This document shows positions 1 through 9,925 of a DNA stretch of 64,000 nt, one piece after another. Numbering within the stretch: the first letter of the stretch is position 1; each line of letters opens with the position of its first letter. The stretch is taken from NCBI GenBank assembly GCA_964632315.1, contig CAZWEM010000001.1, forward strand, positions 112,060 to 176,059. Reading direction: 5' to 3'. A program made the position numbers and the translations under genes. Below the pieces are notes generated by a model. That model ran no database searches, was not told where the DNA came from, and saw only the letters and a list, made by a program, of their open reading frames with translations. The DNA is from an uncultured archaeon. GTDB taxonomy: Archaea; Asgardarchaeota; Lokiarchaeia; Sigyniarchaeales; SOKP01.

Positions 1-445
1 ATTTTTCTCTATAAAGGATCTCAATACCTCTCATTGCTTTCTCATAACTTCCTTTTCCCCTTTGTTTATCATTGATTTCTTTAGGACCGTCAATTGAGAT
101 CCTTACTGAATCAAATCCGCTTTCAACAAGCATCTTAGCATTTTGAGTTATTAATGTGCCATTTGTAGGAGTATCGACATATGATCCTCCTTTTTTAATT
201 TCCTTAATTAAATCTCCAAATTGAGGATATAATAAGGGTTCTCCGCCAAATAAACTGTAAGATGGCCTTACTTGTTCGAGATCTTTCACGAGCTTTTTAA
301 TTATATGGAAATCTAAGACCTTTGGTTGAGAAAAAGATCTATTATTAGAGTAAGAACCGGACTCTCCCCAGAAATAACACATTTTACATCGCAAATTACA
401 ATTTTCTGTTAAATGCAGTGTAATATTTCTCGGTAATCCATTCAT
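1..445 (-). CDS. Radical SAM protein (3' end runs off the window)
   Basis: Not in the ORF track. My translation from ATG at 445 gives MNGLPRNITLHLTENCNLRCKMCYFWG (CxxxCxxC), then LFGGEPLL, TPTNGTL and ISIDG, all radical SAM core motifs. Confidence 0.9.
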   Translation of the reverse strand, partial: MNGLPRNITLHLTENCNLRCKMCYFWGESGSYSNNRSFSQPKVLDFHIIKKLVKDLEQVRPSYSLFGGEPLLYPQFGDLIKEIKKGGSYVDTPTNGTLITQNAKMLVESGFDSVRISIDGPKEINDKQRGKGSYEKAMRGIEILYREK

Positions 446-490
446 AATGTTCCTCTAATAAAATTATTTAAATGTCTTTAACCTTTCTGC

Positions 491-541
491 AAGGTGAAAA
501 TTTTAGATAGTGTGAAATTTCACACTCTAAATCTACACCTT
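491..541. promoter_or_regulatory. Inverted repeat between divergent genes, with a perfect 18-bp palindromic core
   Basis: AGTGTGAAATTTCACACT at 509-526 is a perfect palindrome. Outer arms TTTAG/CTAAA and AAGGTG/CACCTT also pair. Confidence 0.55.
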
Positions 542-620
542 TAAATTTTATAATAAATTTTATCAATTAGTTAAATTTAGCTTTTTAATATTACATTTTA
601 AAAGAAAGTGAACAAATCTC

Positions 621-1559
621 ATGAAAGTAGAAAAATCAAGTCAAGATCTTGAAAATGAAGTAATTTATGCTGGTTTATGTATTCATTGCGGAAGTTGTAA
701 TGCATTCTGTCCCCATATGGATTTTAATAAGGAAACAGGTGAGGCTTATGTCGTAGATGAGTGCTCTGAGACAATAGGACTTTGTTATAACGCCTGTCCC
801 AGAACATTTTTACCGGTAACAGAGATAGAGGAAAAATTATTCGGAAAATCACGAGTTGATTTAGGTTTAGGTGTATATAATGACATAGTGCAAGTTAAAT
901 CAAAAAATAAAGATGAGATTCTTTATAATTTAGTACTCTCTGCTTTTGAATCGGGAGTAGTTAAACACTTCGTGTTAAGCGAAGCAAAAAGCAAGAAACC
1001 TCCGGTAGCATTTCCGGTGGTTGTTGATGATGCCAAGAATGCTAAAAAATACATTCCTAAAAAAACAATGGATAATGCTGGACCGTTGATTACCGGAATA
1101 GGACAGGCTTATTTGGACAAAAAAAGAGATATCGGTATATTAGGAAATCCATGTCATCTTCAAGGGCTAGCAAAAATACTCACTAGTGATTTCAATACTG
1201 GAGCAGAGCGTACAACATTCAAACTTGCATTTGCTTGTTCTTCAGGTGGAATGTCTGGATGTAAATACTGTACTGATTTTTCTGGAGAATTTTCGGATAT
1301 CTCTTATAGTCCTTGGGGTTCTCCAACTGATGGTGAAGCTTTTTTGATAATAAGAACCGATATTGGTCAGAAAGTGCTCGATCACGCTGTAAAAAAGAAG
1401 TACTTAGAAATAACAAACAAGGAACCCGATTTAAGTAAAATGAAAACCTTCCTTAATAAGAAGAGAAAGAAAAATTTCTTAAATTTAATAGGAAAACAAA
1501 ATATCAAAGCTAAATATTTAGAGCTTAATGTTGATGAGTTAAAGGATTTATTAAGTTAA
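621..1559 (+). CDS. FrhB/FpoF-family (F420 hydrogenase/dehydrogenase beta-like) Fe-S protein, divergent
   Basis: N-terminal ferredoxin motifs CIHCGSCNAFCP and CYNACPR, plus GNPC and GCKYCTDFSGEFSDIS, typical of the FrhB C-terminal domain. Confidence 0.75.
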   Translation: MKVEKSSQDLENEVIYAGLCIHCGSCNAFCPHMDFNKETGEAYVVDECSETIGLCYNACPRTFLPVTEIEEKLFGKSRVDLGLGVYNDIVQVKSKNKDEILYNLVLSAFESGVVKHFVLSEAKSKKPPVAFPVVVDDAKNAKKYIPKKTMDNAGPLITGIGQAYLDKKRDIGILGNPCHLQGLAKILTSDFNTGAERTTFKLAFACSSGGMSGCKYCTDFSGEFSDISYSPWGSPTDGEAFLIIRTDIGQKVLDHAVKKKYLEITNKEPDLSKMKTFLNKKRKKNFLNLIGKQNIKAKYLELNVDELKDLLS

Positions 1560-1625
1560 TTCTTTTTCTTTTTTACTTTTTTTACTTTCACATAAAAAAC
1601 GATATTAAACAGAAAAAGCGCTAAT

Positions 1626-2162
1626 CTAAGTTAAGTTTGAAGATCTGAAAATTTCTTGAGTTAAGATTTCAAAAATTATTGAATTATTATATCCAGTTTT
1701 TGAAGATGTCTCAAAGTAATGAGGGATCTGGTATTCTTCTTGAAATTCTTGTGCAATTTCAGTAGTAACCGCTCGTTTTGAATCAGCTAAATCATGTTTT
1801 TCTCCCACAAGGGTAAAAACAGCATTTGGAGAATTCTCTTTTACGATTCCATACCATTCTTTTAAGTGCTCAAGACTAGAATATCTAGTAAGATCAAAAC
1901 ATAACAAGCAGCCTTTAGCTCCTCGAGAATAATTGGGTAGGAAGAATCGAAATCGTTTTTCTCCAGCAAAATCCCATATTTGAAGTTTAACGCTTTTTTC
2001 ATCGACATTAACCGAATAACTAGCCAGATCTGTACCTATTGTAATCTTTTGCGCAATAAATCTCCCAGTTAGTAAACGTTGTATCATTGTGCTCTTTCCG
2101 ATGCCACCATCTCCCACTACGACAACTTTGAAGATGAATCTCCGATTTTGAGTATTACTCAT
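1626..2162 (-). CDS. Rab-like small GTPase
   Basis: G1 GDGGIGKS, G2 TIG, G3 WDFAGE, G4 EKHD, G5 TSSK; no C-terminal Cys. Confidence 0.93.
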   Translation of the reverse strand: MSNTQNRRFIFKVVVVGDGGIGKSTMIQRLLTGRFIAQKITIGTDLASYSVNVDEKSVKLQIWDFAGEKRFRFFLPNYSRGAKGCLLCFDLTRYSSLEHLKEWYGIVKENSPNAVFTLVGEKHDLADSKRAVTTEIAQEFQEEYQIPHYFETSSKTGYNNSIIFEILTQEIFRSSNLT

Positions 2163-2221
2163 TAAATTTTAACACTTAAGAATCTAATTATGAATAATAT
2201 AGATTTAATTGTAATAAATTT

Positions 2222-3061
2222 TTATTCTAACTCCTCATCAAAAATGATTTTTCTTAATTTTAAATTTAGTTTTGTTTTAATTTGATCTTGAACATCTTCT
2301 GGAAATGTCTCGAATTTAGCTCTAATAACCTCTCGATCGTGATAATGTAGATATCTATACATGATGTTTAAATTAATAATAGCCATTATTGGAGTGATGA
2401 TTAAAATAATACAATATAGTCCAAACAGATAACTTAAGTTAAACCTTCCTGTATCTAATCCGGGAAAAATTGAAAGAAATTCCGAATCTAAAAATAATGT
2501 GAATAAGAGATTTAGAAAGTTGAGAACCAAAAATAACGAAAATTCTGAAAGGATTATTCTTAAATATAAATTTTTACTAAGAGTTGAAAAAACGATTTTC
2601 TTATTTTCAAACTTAATTTTGATTCGCGCATATCTCCAGATGTCAATGAAAATCCATAAAAAGCTGAATGTGAAGATTAATATGAATAAAATGCTAAAGG
2701 AAAGGAAAAAATTATCTATAAGCTGTGGATGCAAATAGGATTCATAGCCCATCCAGAGCAAGATAATAGATAAGAACATAGAAGCAAAATATAATCGACT
2801 TGAATTTTTCTTTTCTGACCCTAGTGGATAATAAATTAGATTAGATACTTGAACTAGGTGATTCCTATTAGTTGCTATAATTTTGAAGAAGATAAAGAAA
2901 ATAAAATTAACAATTGGAAAAAATAATAATAAAATATTTTTCCATTCTTGACTTATGATGAACAAGAATGCACTTAGAAAAACAATTGTGTCGCGGATTA
3001 AACCCTCGCTCAAAACTTCTCTTAAAAGCAAATTTTCCTCATTTGGATTAATTTCATTCAT
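2222..3061 (-). CDS. Hypothetical multi-pass membrane protein
   Basis: 279-aa ORF with about 6 hydrophobic segments; no recognised motif. Confidence 0.7.
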   Translation of the reverse strand: MNEINPNEENLLLREVLSEGLIRDTIVFLSAFLFIISQEWKNILLLFFPIVNFIFFIFFKIIATNRNHLVQVSNLIYYPLGSEKKNSSRLYFASMFLSIILLWMGYESYLHPQLIDNFFLSFSILFILIFTFSFLWIFIDIWRYARIKIKFENKKIVFSTLSKNLYLRIILSEFSLFLVLNFLNLLFTLFLDSEFLSIFPGLDTGRFNLSYLFGLYCIILIITPIMAIINLNIMYRYLHYHDREVIRAKFETFPEDVQDQIKTKLNLKLRKIIFDEELE

Positions 3062-3127
3062 ATGTTGTTTTTAAGCTTCATTAATAATTAAATTTTAATA
3101 CTCCTTTCCTTAATATAAATTACATTA

Positions 3128-5134
3128 TTGATCTTATCTATGGTATCATTACAAGATTTTAATATGAAATATCATGAATTTTTTCCTTATGAGGATTTCC
3201 GAAATCAACAAGAAACCATAATTAGAAAAGTTGAAAGAGCATCTAATGAAAAAAAAAATATTTTATTAGTTGCTCCCAATGGAACAGGAAAAACGATAAT
3301 TGCGCTAAGTGCCCTTTTACCACTCGCTTATCAAAAAGATCTTAAAATCATTTATGTTTGTCGAACCCATGCTCAAAATACCAGAATTATCAAAGAATTA
3401 AAGCATATTTCAAAATTCATAGAAAATATTAACAAGACTCTGAGAGTGAGTGGATTATCAATTCGGGGGAGAACTGATATGTGTTTGAATGAAACATTAT
3501 TAAACCTCAAGTTAGGACCAAAGGAATCAATGTCTGTATGTTTTGATTTTAGGACTAACCGAAATTGCCGATACTTTAACAAACTTACGAAAGATAAGGA
3601 TCTTCTAGATAATCTTGGTAAATTAGCGCCTAATCTAATTGATAAACCAGTTGATGCTGAAGAATTAATAGATTTTTGTAAAGAAAAAGCAATTTGTCCT
3701 TATTATCTTAGTAAGCTTTTATTGAAACATATGAAACTGGTCATTTGTAATTACCAATGGGTATTCAATCCACACATTAGGGATAATTTCCTTCAATTAA
3801 TTGAAAAAGACATTGAAAATTGTATTTTGGTGATTGATGAGTGTCATAATTTAATTGACGTTGCTACTGAAATTAACTCCAAAAAACTCACGCCTTATTC
3901 AATGAGATTATGCTTAAGAGATTTAGAGATGTATCAATCCCCTCCTATGATGCAGGAATTTCTGAGTATGCTTATAAATCATTTGAATAAAAAGAAAAGT
4001 AATTTAAAGTATGGAGAACAAGCTGTAAACCCCTCTAATTTCTTGAATCAAATAAATAAACATTTAGGCTTTAAATCTCTGAGGGAATTTGAAAATTTCA
4101 TCAAAGATATTCAAGATTTTGGGCTTTCGATTAAAAAAGAAAAATTTGCTAATGGGGAAGTATCTAGGGACTATATTGGCGCTTTTACAGAATTTTGGTT
4201 AAAATGGCTTATGACTTATTCAAGAAATAATTACTTTTTTTGCTATAACAGAAGAAGCGTTGGCAGCAAAATTAGTGTATCCTTGGAAATTGTCGCATTG
4301 GATCCAAGGGAAGTAGTGATTCCCATTTTAAGAGATTCATATGCGAATTTAAATCTCTCAGGAACAGTTAATCCTTATGTATATACAAATTTAATGGGTT
4401 TAAAAAAAAGCGGGAAAGAATATGAAGAAATTAATGGAGATTCTATATTCAAGAAAGAGAATGTTAAAGCATTGATAATTGAAGGTGTAAATACAAAAAA
4501 TGTCAATAGAACATCTTCGATGTATAAAAAAATTGTTGGAAAGATTGAAGAAGTAATTTATAGTACGCCAGCAAATATTGGTATCTTTTGTGCTTCATAC
4601 AAAATACTTGATGCATTGGTTTCAAATGGGATTAGAAACGTGGCAATTAAGTATAATAAAAAACTATTTATTGAAGAACCAGGACTTTCTGCGTCAGAAA
4701 ACTCCTTATTGATTAATGACTTTAAATCAATGGCTAGTCAACCTAATCAAGGAGCAATTTTGTTAGGAGTTTGTGGGGGAAGAAATTCAGAAGGAGAAGA
4801 TTATCCCGGTGATTATATGAACTCTGTTGTAATTGCAGGTTTTCCTTATCATTTACCTACACCTCGAGTTGAAGCTAAAATTGCATACTATAATAAAGCT
4901 TTTAACGGAAATGGATGGAACTTAGCTTATTTATATCCAGCTATTCAAAGAGCTAATCAAGCTAGTGGAAGACCAATTAGAAAAATAACGGATAAAGGAG
5001 CACTTATTTTTATGGATTCTCGATTCAAGCAGAAGCTCAATTGGATCTCTCCCTGGATAAGGGACCAAATTAAAATTATTCCAGATAGGAGTAACTTGAT
5101 CATGGAAGAATTACACGATTTTTGGAGAACATAA
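3128..5134 (+). CDS. xpd: XPD/Rad3-family Fe-S DNA helicase (start may be ATG 3140 or 3164)
   Basis: Walker A APNGTGKT, four Cys suited to an Fe-S cluster, DECH, SGT, GRNSEGED, QASGRPIR. Confidence 0.92.
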   Translation: MILSMVSLQDFNMKYHEFFPYEDFRNQQETIIRKVERASNEKKNILLVAPNGTGKTIIALSALLPLAYQKDLKIIYVCRTHAQNTRIIKELKHISKFIENINKTLRVSGLSIRGRTDMCLNETLLNLKLGPKESMSVCFDFRTNRNCRYFNKLTKDKDLLDNLGKLAPNLIDKPVDAEELIDFCKEKAICPYYLSKLLLKHMKLVICNYQWVFNPHIRDNFLQLIEKDIENCILVIDECHNLIDVATEINSKKLTPYSMRLCLRDLEMYQSPPMMQEFLSMLINHLNKKKSNLKYGEQAVNPSNFLNQINKHLGFKSLREFENFIKDIQDFGLSIKKEKFANGEVSRDYIGAFTEFWLKWLMTYSRNNYFFCYNRRSVGSKISVSLEIVALDPREVVIPILRDSYANLNLSGTVNPYVYTNLMGLKKSGKEYEEINGDSIFKKENVKALIIEGVNTKNVNRTSSMYKKIVGKIEEVIYSTPANIGIFCASYKILDALVSNGIRNVAIKYNKKLFIEEPGLSASENSLLINDFKSMASQPNQGAILLGVCGGRNSEGEDYPGDYMNSVVIAGFPYHLPTPRVEAKIAYYNKAFNGNGWNLAYLYPAIQRANQASGRPIRKITDKGALIFMDSRFKQKLNWISPWIRDQIKIIPDRSNLIMEELHDFWRT

Positions 5135-5162
5135 TATTTGTAATCAGAAATCTATTATGGCT

Positions 5163-6926
5163 TCATTCAATCAAGCTCTGATATATTGTAACTAACTTAT
5201 GAGTTACTTTCTCCCAAGTAAAATTATTTTTTACCCGCTTCGAGCAATTTTCTCTCATTTTAAAATAAAACAAAGGATCATCTACCACGTAAGACTTTAC
5301 ATTTTCATCGGGTATTAGATTAATTAAAGTATTCAAATCAGTGGAAACTCGTTGATTTTTTGATAAATAAGCTATTTTTGCTGCAATTAGAAGTGAAATT
5401 AAGGCATCAACAAACTCTTTTCCGTTGTCCTTATTTATTAAGATTCCTGTACCATTTTTTGGATCTTCTCTAATATCTAGTATTGTTTCTTGTAATCCTC
5501 CAACTTTTGTCGCAATTACAGGGACTTTAGAAGCCATTGCTTCGAGAGCCATAATTCCAAATGGTTCCCATCTTGATAAAGCACAATACGCATCTGAAGC
5601 AATATGTGCTAAGTAAAAAATGTCAGATGCGACTCCAAAAATAATTCGAATATTTTCTGGAAATTTCTTAACATATGCAGAATACGTTTTTATTTCTTTT
5701 AAGCTATATTCAGTCGGTAAAATTAAAAATAGAAATTTCGCATCGGGGATGATTTTAATTACATCTTGAACCCTTTCTAATATTATCTCAAATCCTTTTT
5801 GCGGTGAAATCCTACCTGTCGTTAATATTAGTGGTCCAGAGTCTTGAAATGCCTTAATACGACCATTTCTTACAAATGGATTACCATTTGAAATTTCATT
5901 TATTTCTTTTAAAACCTTTGGAGATCTAATTAAGGGACTTTCACTAAGATTCCCAAGTTTATATTCTAAGAGGTATTTTTTCAAATTTTCTTTAGTAAGA
6001 GAAAGATCATCTTGAAGGGTCAAAAATTCACGAACTTCTATTCCATGATTTTTAATGACATTTGAGTATAATTCATCATAATCCCAATCACATCCATCCC
6101 AAATAAAGTCTGATTTAAATCTAATTAATTCCTTTCCACAGTTAGGGATTATATCTGATAATAAGTATGATTGACTCACACTTGTTACCAAATCACATAC
6201 AATGGCTCCTATTTTTTCTACAGTAGGTATTTCTTCCGTTTCTTTACTCAGTGCAAAAATCTTATCGAAGTTTAAGTATTTTATTCCGTCTTTTAATTTA
6301 ATTCTTATAGCAGTATCATCAATTCCCCAAGCTTTGTAAAATTTTTTCTCTATTCTCGGATAAGTTAATAGATGAATAGTAATAATAGATGGGATGAAAA
6401 TATCATGATTTTCAATTAATTGTTTAATCGAGAGATAAGGAAATACAACGTGGTAATCGTGTAAATGAATAATATTTGGTAATAATTCCGGGTATTCATG
6501 TAGAAAATGATCCACTAAAAATTTCATCCCTAAACTAAAAAATCCAACTTTGCCTTTTATGGTATCTGGGTTATAAACTGTAGGATCATCTAAAAACTTC
6601 CTTGTAAATGGATTATTTCCTGAAACCAGGATCACAGTCACTTTTTGCTTCTGATACTTAAAAAAAGAAATATCAAATATTTCATTTGAGTCTTCTAAGC
6701 CAAATTTATCAGTATTTATAAGCCCTTTATAACTGATCGGAATCTTTTCAATCTTTTCATTTTGCTTAATTTTCTCAACTTGACCATGTGCTGGCATGAA
6801 TACTGTGATATCATATAAATCTGCTAAATGTTTTGCTTGGTTTGCGGGAACTTCACCTAATCCTCCAACTTTCATAACCCCAGCAAATTCAAAGGTGAAA
6901 ATCCAGATTTTCTGTTTAGTTGACAT
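5163..6926 (-). CDS. glgA: Glycogen/starch synthase (GT5)
   Basis: KVGGLG, HLHDYH, GRISPQKG, SRWEPFG, VGGL. Confidence 0.88.
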   Translation of the reverse strand: MSTKQKIWIFTFEFAGVMKVGGLGEVPANQAKHLADLYDITVFMPAHGQVEKIKQNEKIEKIPISYKGLINTDKFGLEDSNEIFDISFFKYQKQKVTVILVSGNNPFTRKFLDDPTVYNPDTIKGKVGFFSLGMKFLVDHFLHEYPELLPNIIHLHDYHVVFPYLSIKQLIENHDIFIPSIITIHLLTYPRIEKKFYKAWGIDDTAIRIKLKDGIKYLNFDKIFALSKETEEIPTVEKIGAIVCDLVTSVSQSYLLSDIIPNCGKELIRFKSDFIWDGCDWDYDELYSNVIKNHGIEVREFLTLQDDLSLTKENLKKYLLEYKLGNLSESPLIRSPKVLKEINEISNGNPFVRNGRIKAFQDSGPLILTTGRISPQKGFEIILERVQDVIKIIPDAKFLFLILPTEYSLKEIKTYSAYVKKFPENIRIIFGVASDIFYLAHIASDAYCALSRWEPFGIMALEAMASKVPVIATKVGGLQETILDIREDPKNGTGILINKDNGKEFVDALISLLIAAKIAYLSKNQRVSTDLNTLINLIPDENVKSYVVDDPLFYFKMRENCSKRVKNNFTWEKVTHKLVTIYQSLIE

Positions 6927-7029
6927 TGCCGCTCTAAAAATCTTAAGTCTTTATTTATTTTAGATATCTAATTATAGCTATAAATAGTTAATTAAAAATG
7001 TAATTAGTTTAAGTTATTAGTACATGCAT

Positions 7030-8667
7030 TTATGATTTATGCCTTAAAATTTGCCCCCCTAATTCACCAGAGTGCACTCCATGAGAGACAGTGATCACTC
7101 CATTAATAATGACATAATCTATTCCTTTTGGAGGGCTAGATCCATTTTTTAAAGTTCCAGTTTCATCAATCTCTTCTAAGTCAAATATTACAATATCAGC
7201 ATTAAATCCCTCTTTAATTAATCCTCTACTTGTAAGTGAGAGGATTGAGGCCGGTAATGAAGTCATTTTTCTAATCATCTCTTCTATTGAAAACAAACCT
7301 TTCTCCCTTACCCACCTAGCAATGATTCTAGGAAAAGCTCCGTAGGTACGTGGATGGTTGTTTCCTCCAACAATCAAAACAGCATCTGAACTCGGGGCTA
7401 CGTATATTTGTTTAAATATAGGGATCATGCTTAATTCTTCATCTTTTTGTTGGATCCTAATCATTATTCCTCCCTCTTCATCTACAAAATAATCTAATAA
7501 AGCATCTTCTAATTCTTTTTCGGGATAAAGAGATGTTAGAACTTCATATAAAGTCTTTCCCTCAGCGGTGTGATTATGTAATGCATATATAATAATTACT
7601 CCCTTGCTCAAAATTGGTACTATTCTTTTTCTGAGTAGAAACTTTGGCACTAACTTCATATAAAGGGGAGCATCTGATAAGAACATTGAATATAATTTAT
7701 CAAAAATTTCACTTTTTATCAGTTTTCTTGTATTCTCATCTTTCAAATTACCCTTAAAATCATCATAAACCCATGTTGGAAGTAAAACAAAAGAGAGACT
7801 TGTAAATCCATCATCATAAACAGTCATATCCGCTGTAATATTTAAACCCTCTTTTCTTGAATTATTTACTAATTCAATTGCTTCTTTTGTTAAATCTTCA
7901 TACTTATATCGACTAATAGCGCTCCAATGTGAAATATGCGCTTGAACTTTTGCTTCTTTAGCTATTCGTAGTAGTTCATTCATTCCAATATCGATAACAC
8001 CAGCACCTTCGTTTCTCATATGAGAATCATAAAAACCATTAAATTCGCTTATCACTTTTGTTATTTCAATCAATTCTTCAGTACTTGTTGAAGAGCCTGG
8101 AGGATAAACTAATCCTGTTGACAAACCAAAGGCTCCAAATTCCATGTTCTCCCGAATAAGCTGTTTCATTTGATTCAATTCATCTTGGTTTGCAGGTCTA
8201 GTTTCTGTACCCATAATATATGCTCTTACATTTCCCTGGGGGATCATTAACCCGATATTAATAGATACTCCTTTACTTTCCAAAGCTTTTGAGAATTGCT
8301 CTAGGTCTTCATAAAGACTTGGGGATGCGCAGAAAGCTTTGTTTACAAAATTATAGTAATACTTTTTAACATTGTCATTGGCGGGATATACTCCAATACC
8401 ACAAACCCCCGTTAGAATCGTGGTTATGCCCTGATTTACATATGCCTCTGCCTTGTTTTCCTCTAAGATTGTTAAATCTGCGTGATTATGTATATCTATA
8501 AAACCAGGACTGACGTATCTCCCTCCAGCATCAATTATTTCGCTTGAGGAAGACTCAATTTCTGGAGCTATTTTTACAATCTTTCCATCCTTTATCAATA
8601 TATCCAATTTTTTGGCTGGTGAGCCATTTCCATCGATAACTTTCCCATTTTTAATTAATAATTGCAT
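7030..8667 (-). CDS. N-acyl-D-amino-acid deacylase family amidohydrolase
   Basis: PGFIDIHNH, GLSTGLVYPPG, SHMRNE, HISH, HPRTYGAFPR, ADIVIFD. Confidence 0.88.
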   Translation of the reverse strand: MQLLIKNGKVIDGNGSPAKKLDILIKDGKIVKIAPEIESSSSEIIDAGGRYVSPGFIDIHNHADLTILEENKAEAYVNQGITTILTGVCGIGVYPANDNVKKYYYNFVNKAFCASPSLYEDLEQFSKALESKGVSINIGLMIPQGNVRAYIMGTETRPANQDELNQMKQLIRENMEFGAFGLSTGLVYPPGSSTSTEELIEITKVISEFNGFYDSHMRNEGAGVIDIGMNELLRIAKEAKVQAHISHWSAISRYKYEDLTKEAIELVNNSRKEGLNITADMTVYDDGFTSLSFVLLPTWVYDDFKGNLKDENTRKLIKSEIFDKLYSMFLSDAPLYMKLVPKFLLRKRIVPILSKGVIIIYALHNHTAEGKTLYEVLTSLYPEKELEDALLDYFVDEEGGIMIRIQQKDEELSMIPIFKQIYVAPSSDAVLIVGGNNHPRTYGAFPRIIARWVREKGLFSIEEMIRKMTSLPASILSLTSRGLIKEGFNADIVIFDLEEIDETGTLKNGSSPPKGIDYVIINGVITVSHGVHSGELGGQILRHKS

Positions 8668-8751
8668 AAAGCTTCAAATTCAGTTGGAGTAATTAGAATT
8701 AATAGTATTGAATAAGAAAATTCATAATGTTATTTTAATTCTTTTTCAATA

Positions 8752-9918
8752 ATGTGTGATACTCTTGTAGCTTTAGCCAATTCCACCAAAGATGGAAGTG
8801 TGATATTTGGAAAAAATAGTGATCGCCCCCGGTTAGAAGCCCAATTAATTAGCTATATTCCTCGAAAAAAATGGACTGAAAAAGAAGTGGAATGTACCTA
8901 CATATCTATCCCACAAGTTAAAGAAACCGCCTCTGTAATTTTAAGTCAACCTTTCTGGATGTGGGGTGCTGAAATGGGAGCAAATGAGTATGGAGTAGTT
9001 ATTGGGAACGAAGCAGTACATTCTTATGAACCAATTAGAGATACTGGTTTATTAGGCATGGATCTATTGAGATTATCCCTCGAAAGAGGAAAAAATGCAC
9101 TTGGGTCAGTTCAAATAATTACTAATTTATTGGAAGAATACCATCAAGGAGGTGGATGTGCGTTTAATGATTCAAGTTGGAGTTATCATAATTCATTCAT
9201 TGTAGCGGATTCCAAAGAAGCTTATGTTCTAGAAACTGCTGATGATTGGTGGATAGTAGAAAAAGTTGTTAATGTCAGATCTATCTCGAATGGTCTCAGC
9301 ATAAGGGGTAAAGGTGATTTTCGTCGAAAAGGTATAATACAACATGCAATTGAAAAGGCCTATTGTAAAGATGATGATGATTTTGATTTTACCCTAACAT
9401 TTTCGGGTTCAGATGGTGTAAGTCCATTTTCTCGAGGAGAAAAGTCCCAAAATTTACTATTTGAAAATGTAAATCAAATTAATCCGGAAATGATGATGGA
9501 TTTCTTAAGGGAACATGAGGCAGGAATATGCATGCATGGTGGTTTTGAGTCTACTGGTTCTCAAGTTTCCCATTTAAAAGATGATGAGTGCCATATCCAT
9601 TGGTTTACGGGTACTACTCTGCCGTGTCTTAGCATTTATAAACCCTATCACTTTCCAGCTGATGAACAAGTTTTTCTATCTCCAGGACCTTATACGAAAG
9701 TGAATCAAAACTGGATTTGGGCAAAACACTCAAATTTTATAAAACATAACCTTAATACTGATTTCAAAGAAAAGTTTGGAAACCTTGAGACTAAAATTAA
9801 AAATCAAGTTAAAAACATAATCACTAAATGTTCTGCGCAAACAAGAGACAAAGTTAATAAAGATATTACATATCTAAATCAGCAAATTTGGAAATCCATG
9901 CAAAATTTAATCAATTGA
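8752..9918 (+). CDS. Peptidase C69 / secernin-like Ntn hydrolase
   Basis: N-terminal MCDT nucleophile, FGKNSDR, WMWGAEMGANEYGVVIGNEA, LLGMDLLRL. Confidence 0.9.
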   Translation: MCDTLVALANSTKDGSVIFGKNSDRPRLEAQLISYIPRKKWTEKEVECTYISIPQVKETASVILSQPFWMWGAEMGANEYGVVIGNEAVHSYEPIRDTGLLGMDLLRLSLERGKNALGSVQIITNLLEEYHQGGGCAFNDSSWSYHNSFIVADSKEAYVLETADDWWIVEKVVNVRSISNGLSIRGKGDFRRKGIIQHAIEKAYCKDDDDFDFTLTFSGSDGVSPFSRGEKSQNLLFENVNQINPEMMMDFLREHEAGICMHGGFESTGSQVSHLKDDECHIHWFTGTTLPCLSIYKPYHFPADEQVFLSPGPYTKVNQNWIWAKHSNFIKHNLNTDFKEKFGNLETKIKNQVKNIITKCSAQTRDKVNKDITYLNQQIWKSMQNLIN

Positions 9919-9925
9919 GAATAGG

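Noticed and set aside
1-445. Radical SAM gene as the missing queE
   Set aside because: It is 15 kb from queD/queC, lacks QueE's N-terminal signature, and looks like a general radical SAM enzyme.
491-541. Hairpin as a SECIS element for a selenoprotein
   Set aside because: It lies 5' of both flanking genes, lacks the AUGA/GA core, and the adjacent FrhB-like ORF has no in-frame TGA.
5101-5134. XPD C-terminus MEELHDFW as a PIP box
   Set aside because: It lacks the Gln and looks like the normal terminal helix of XPD.
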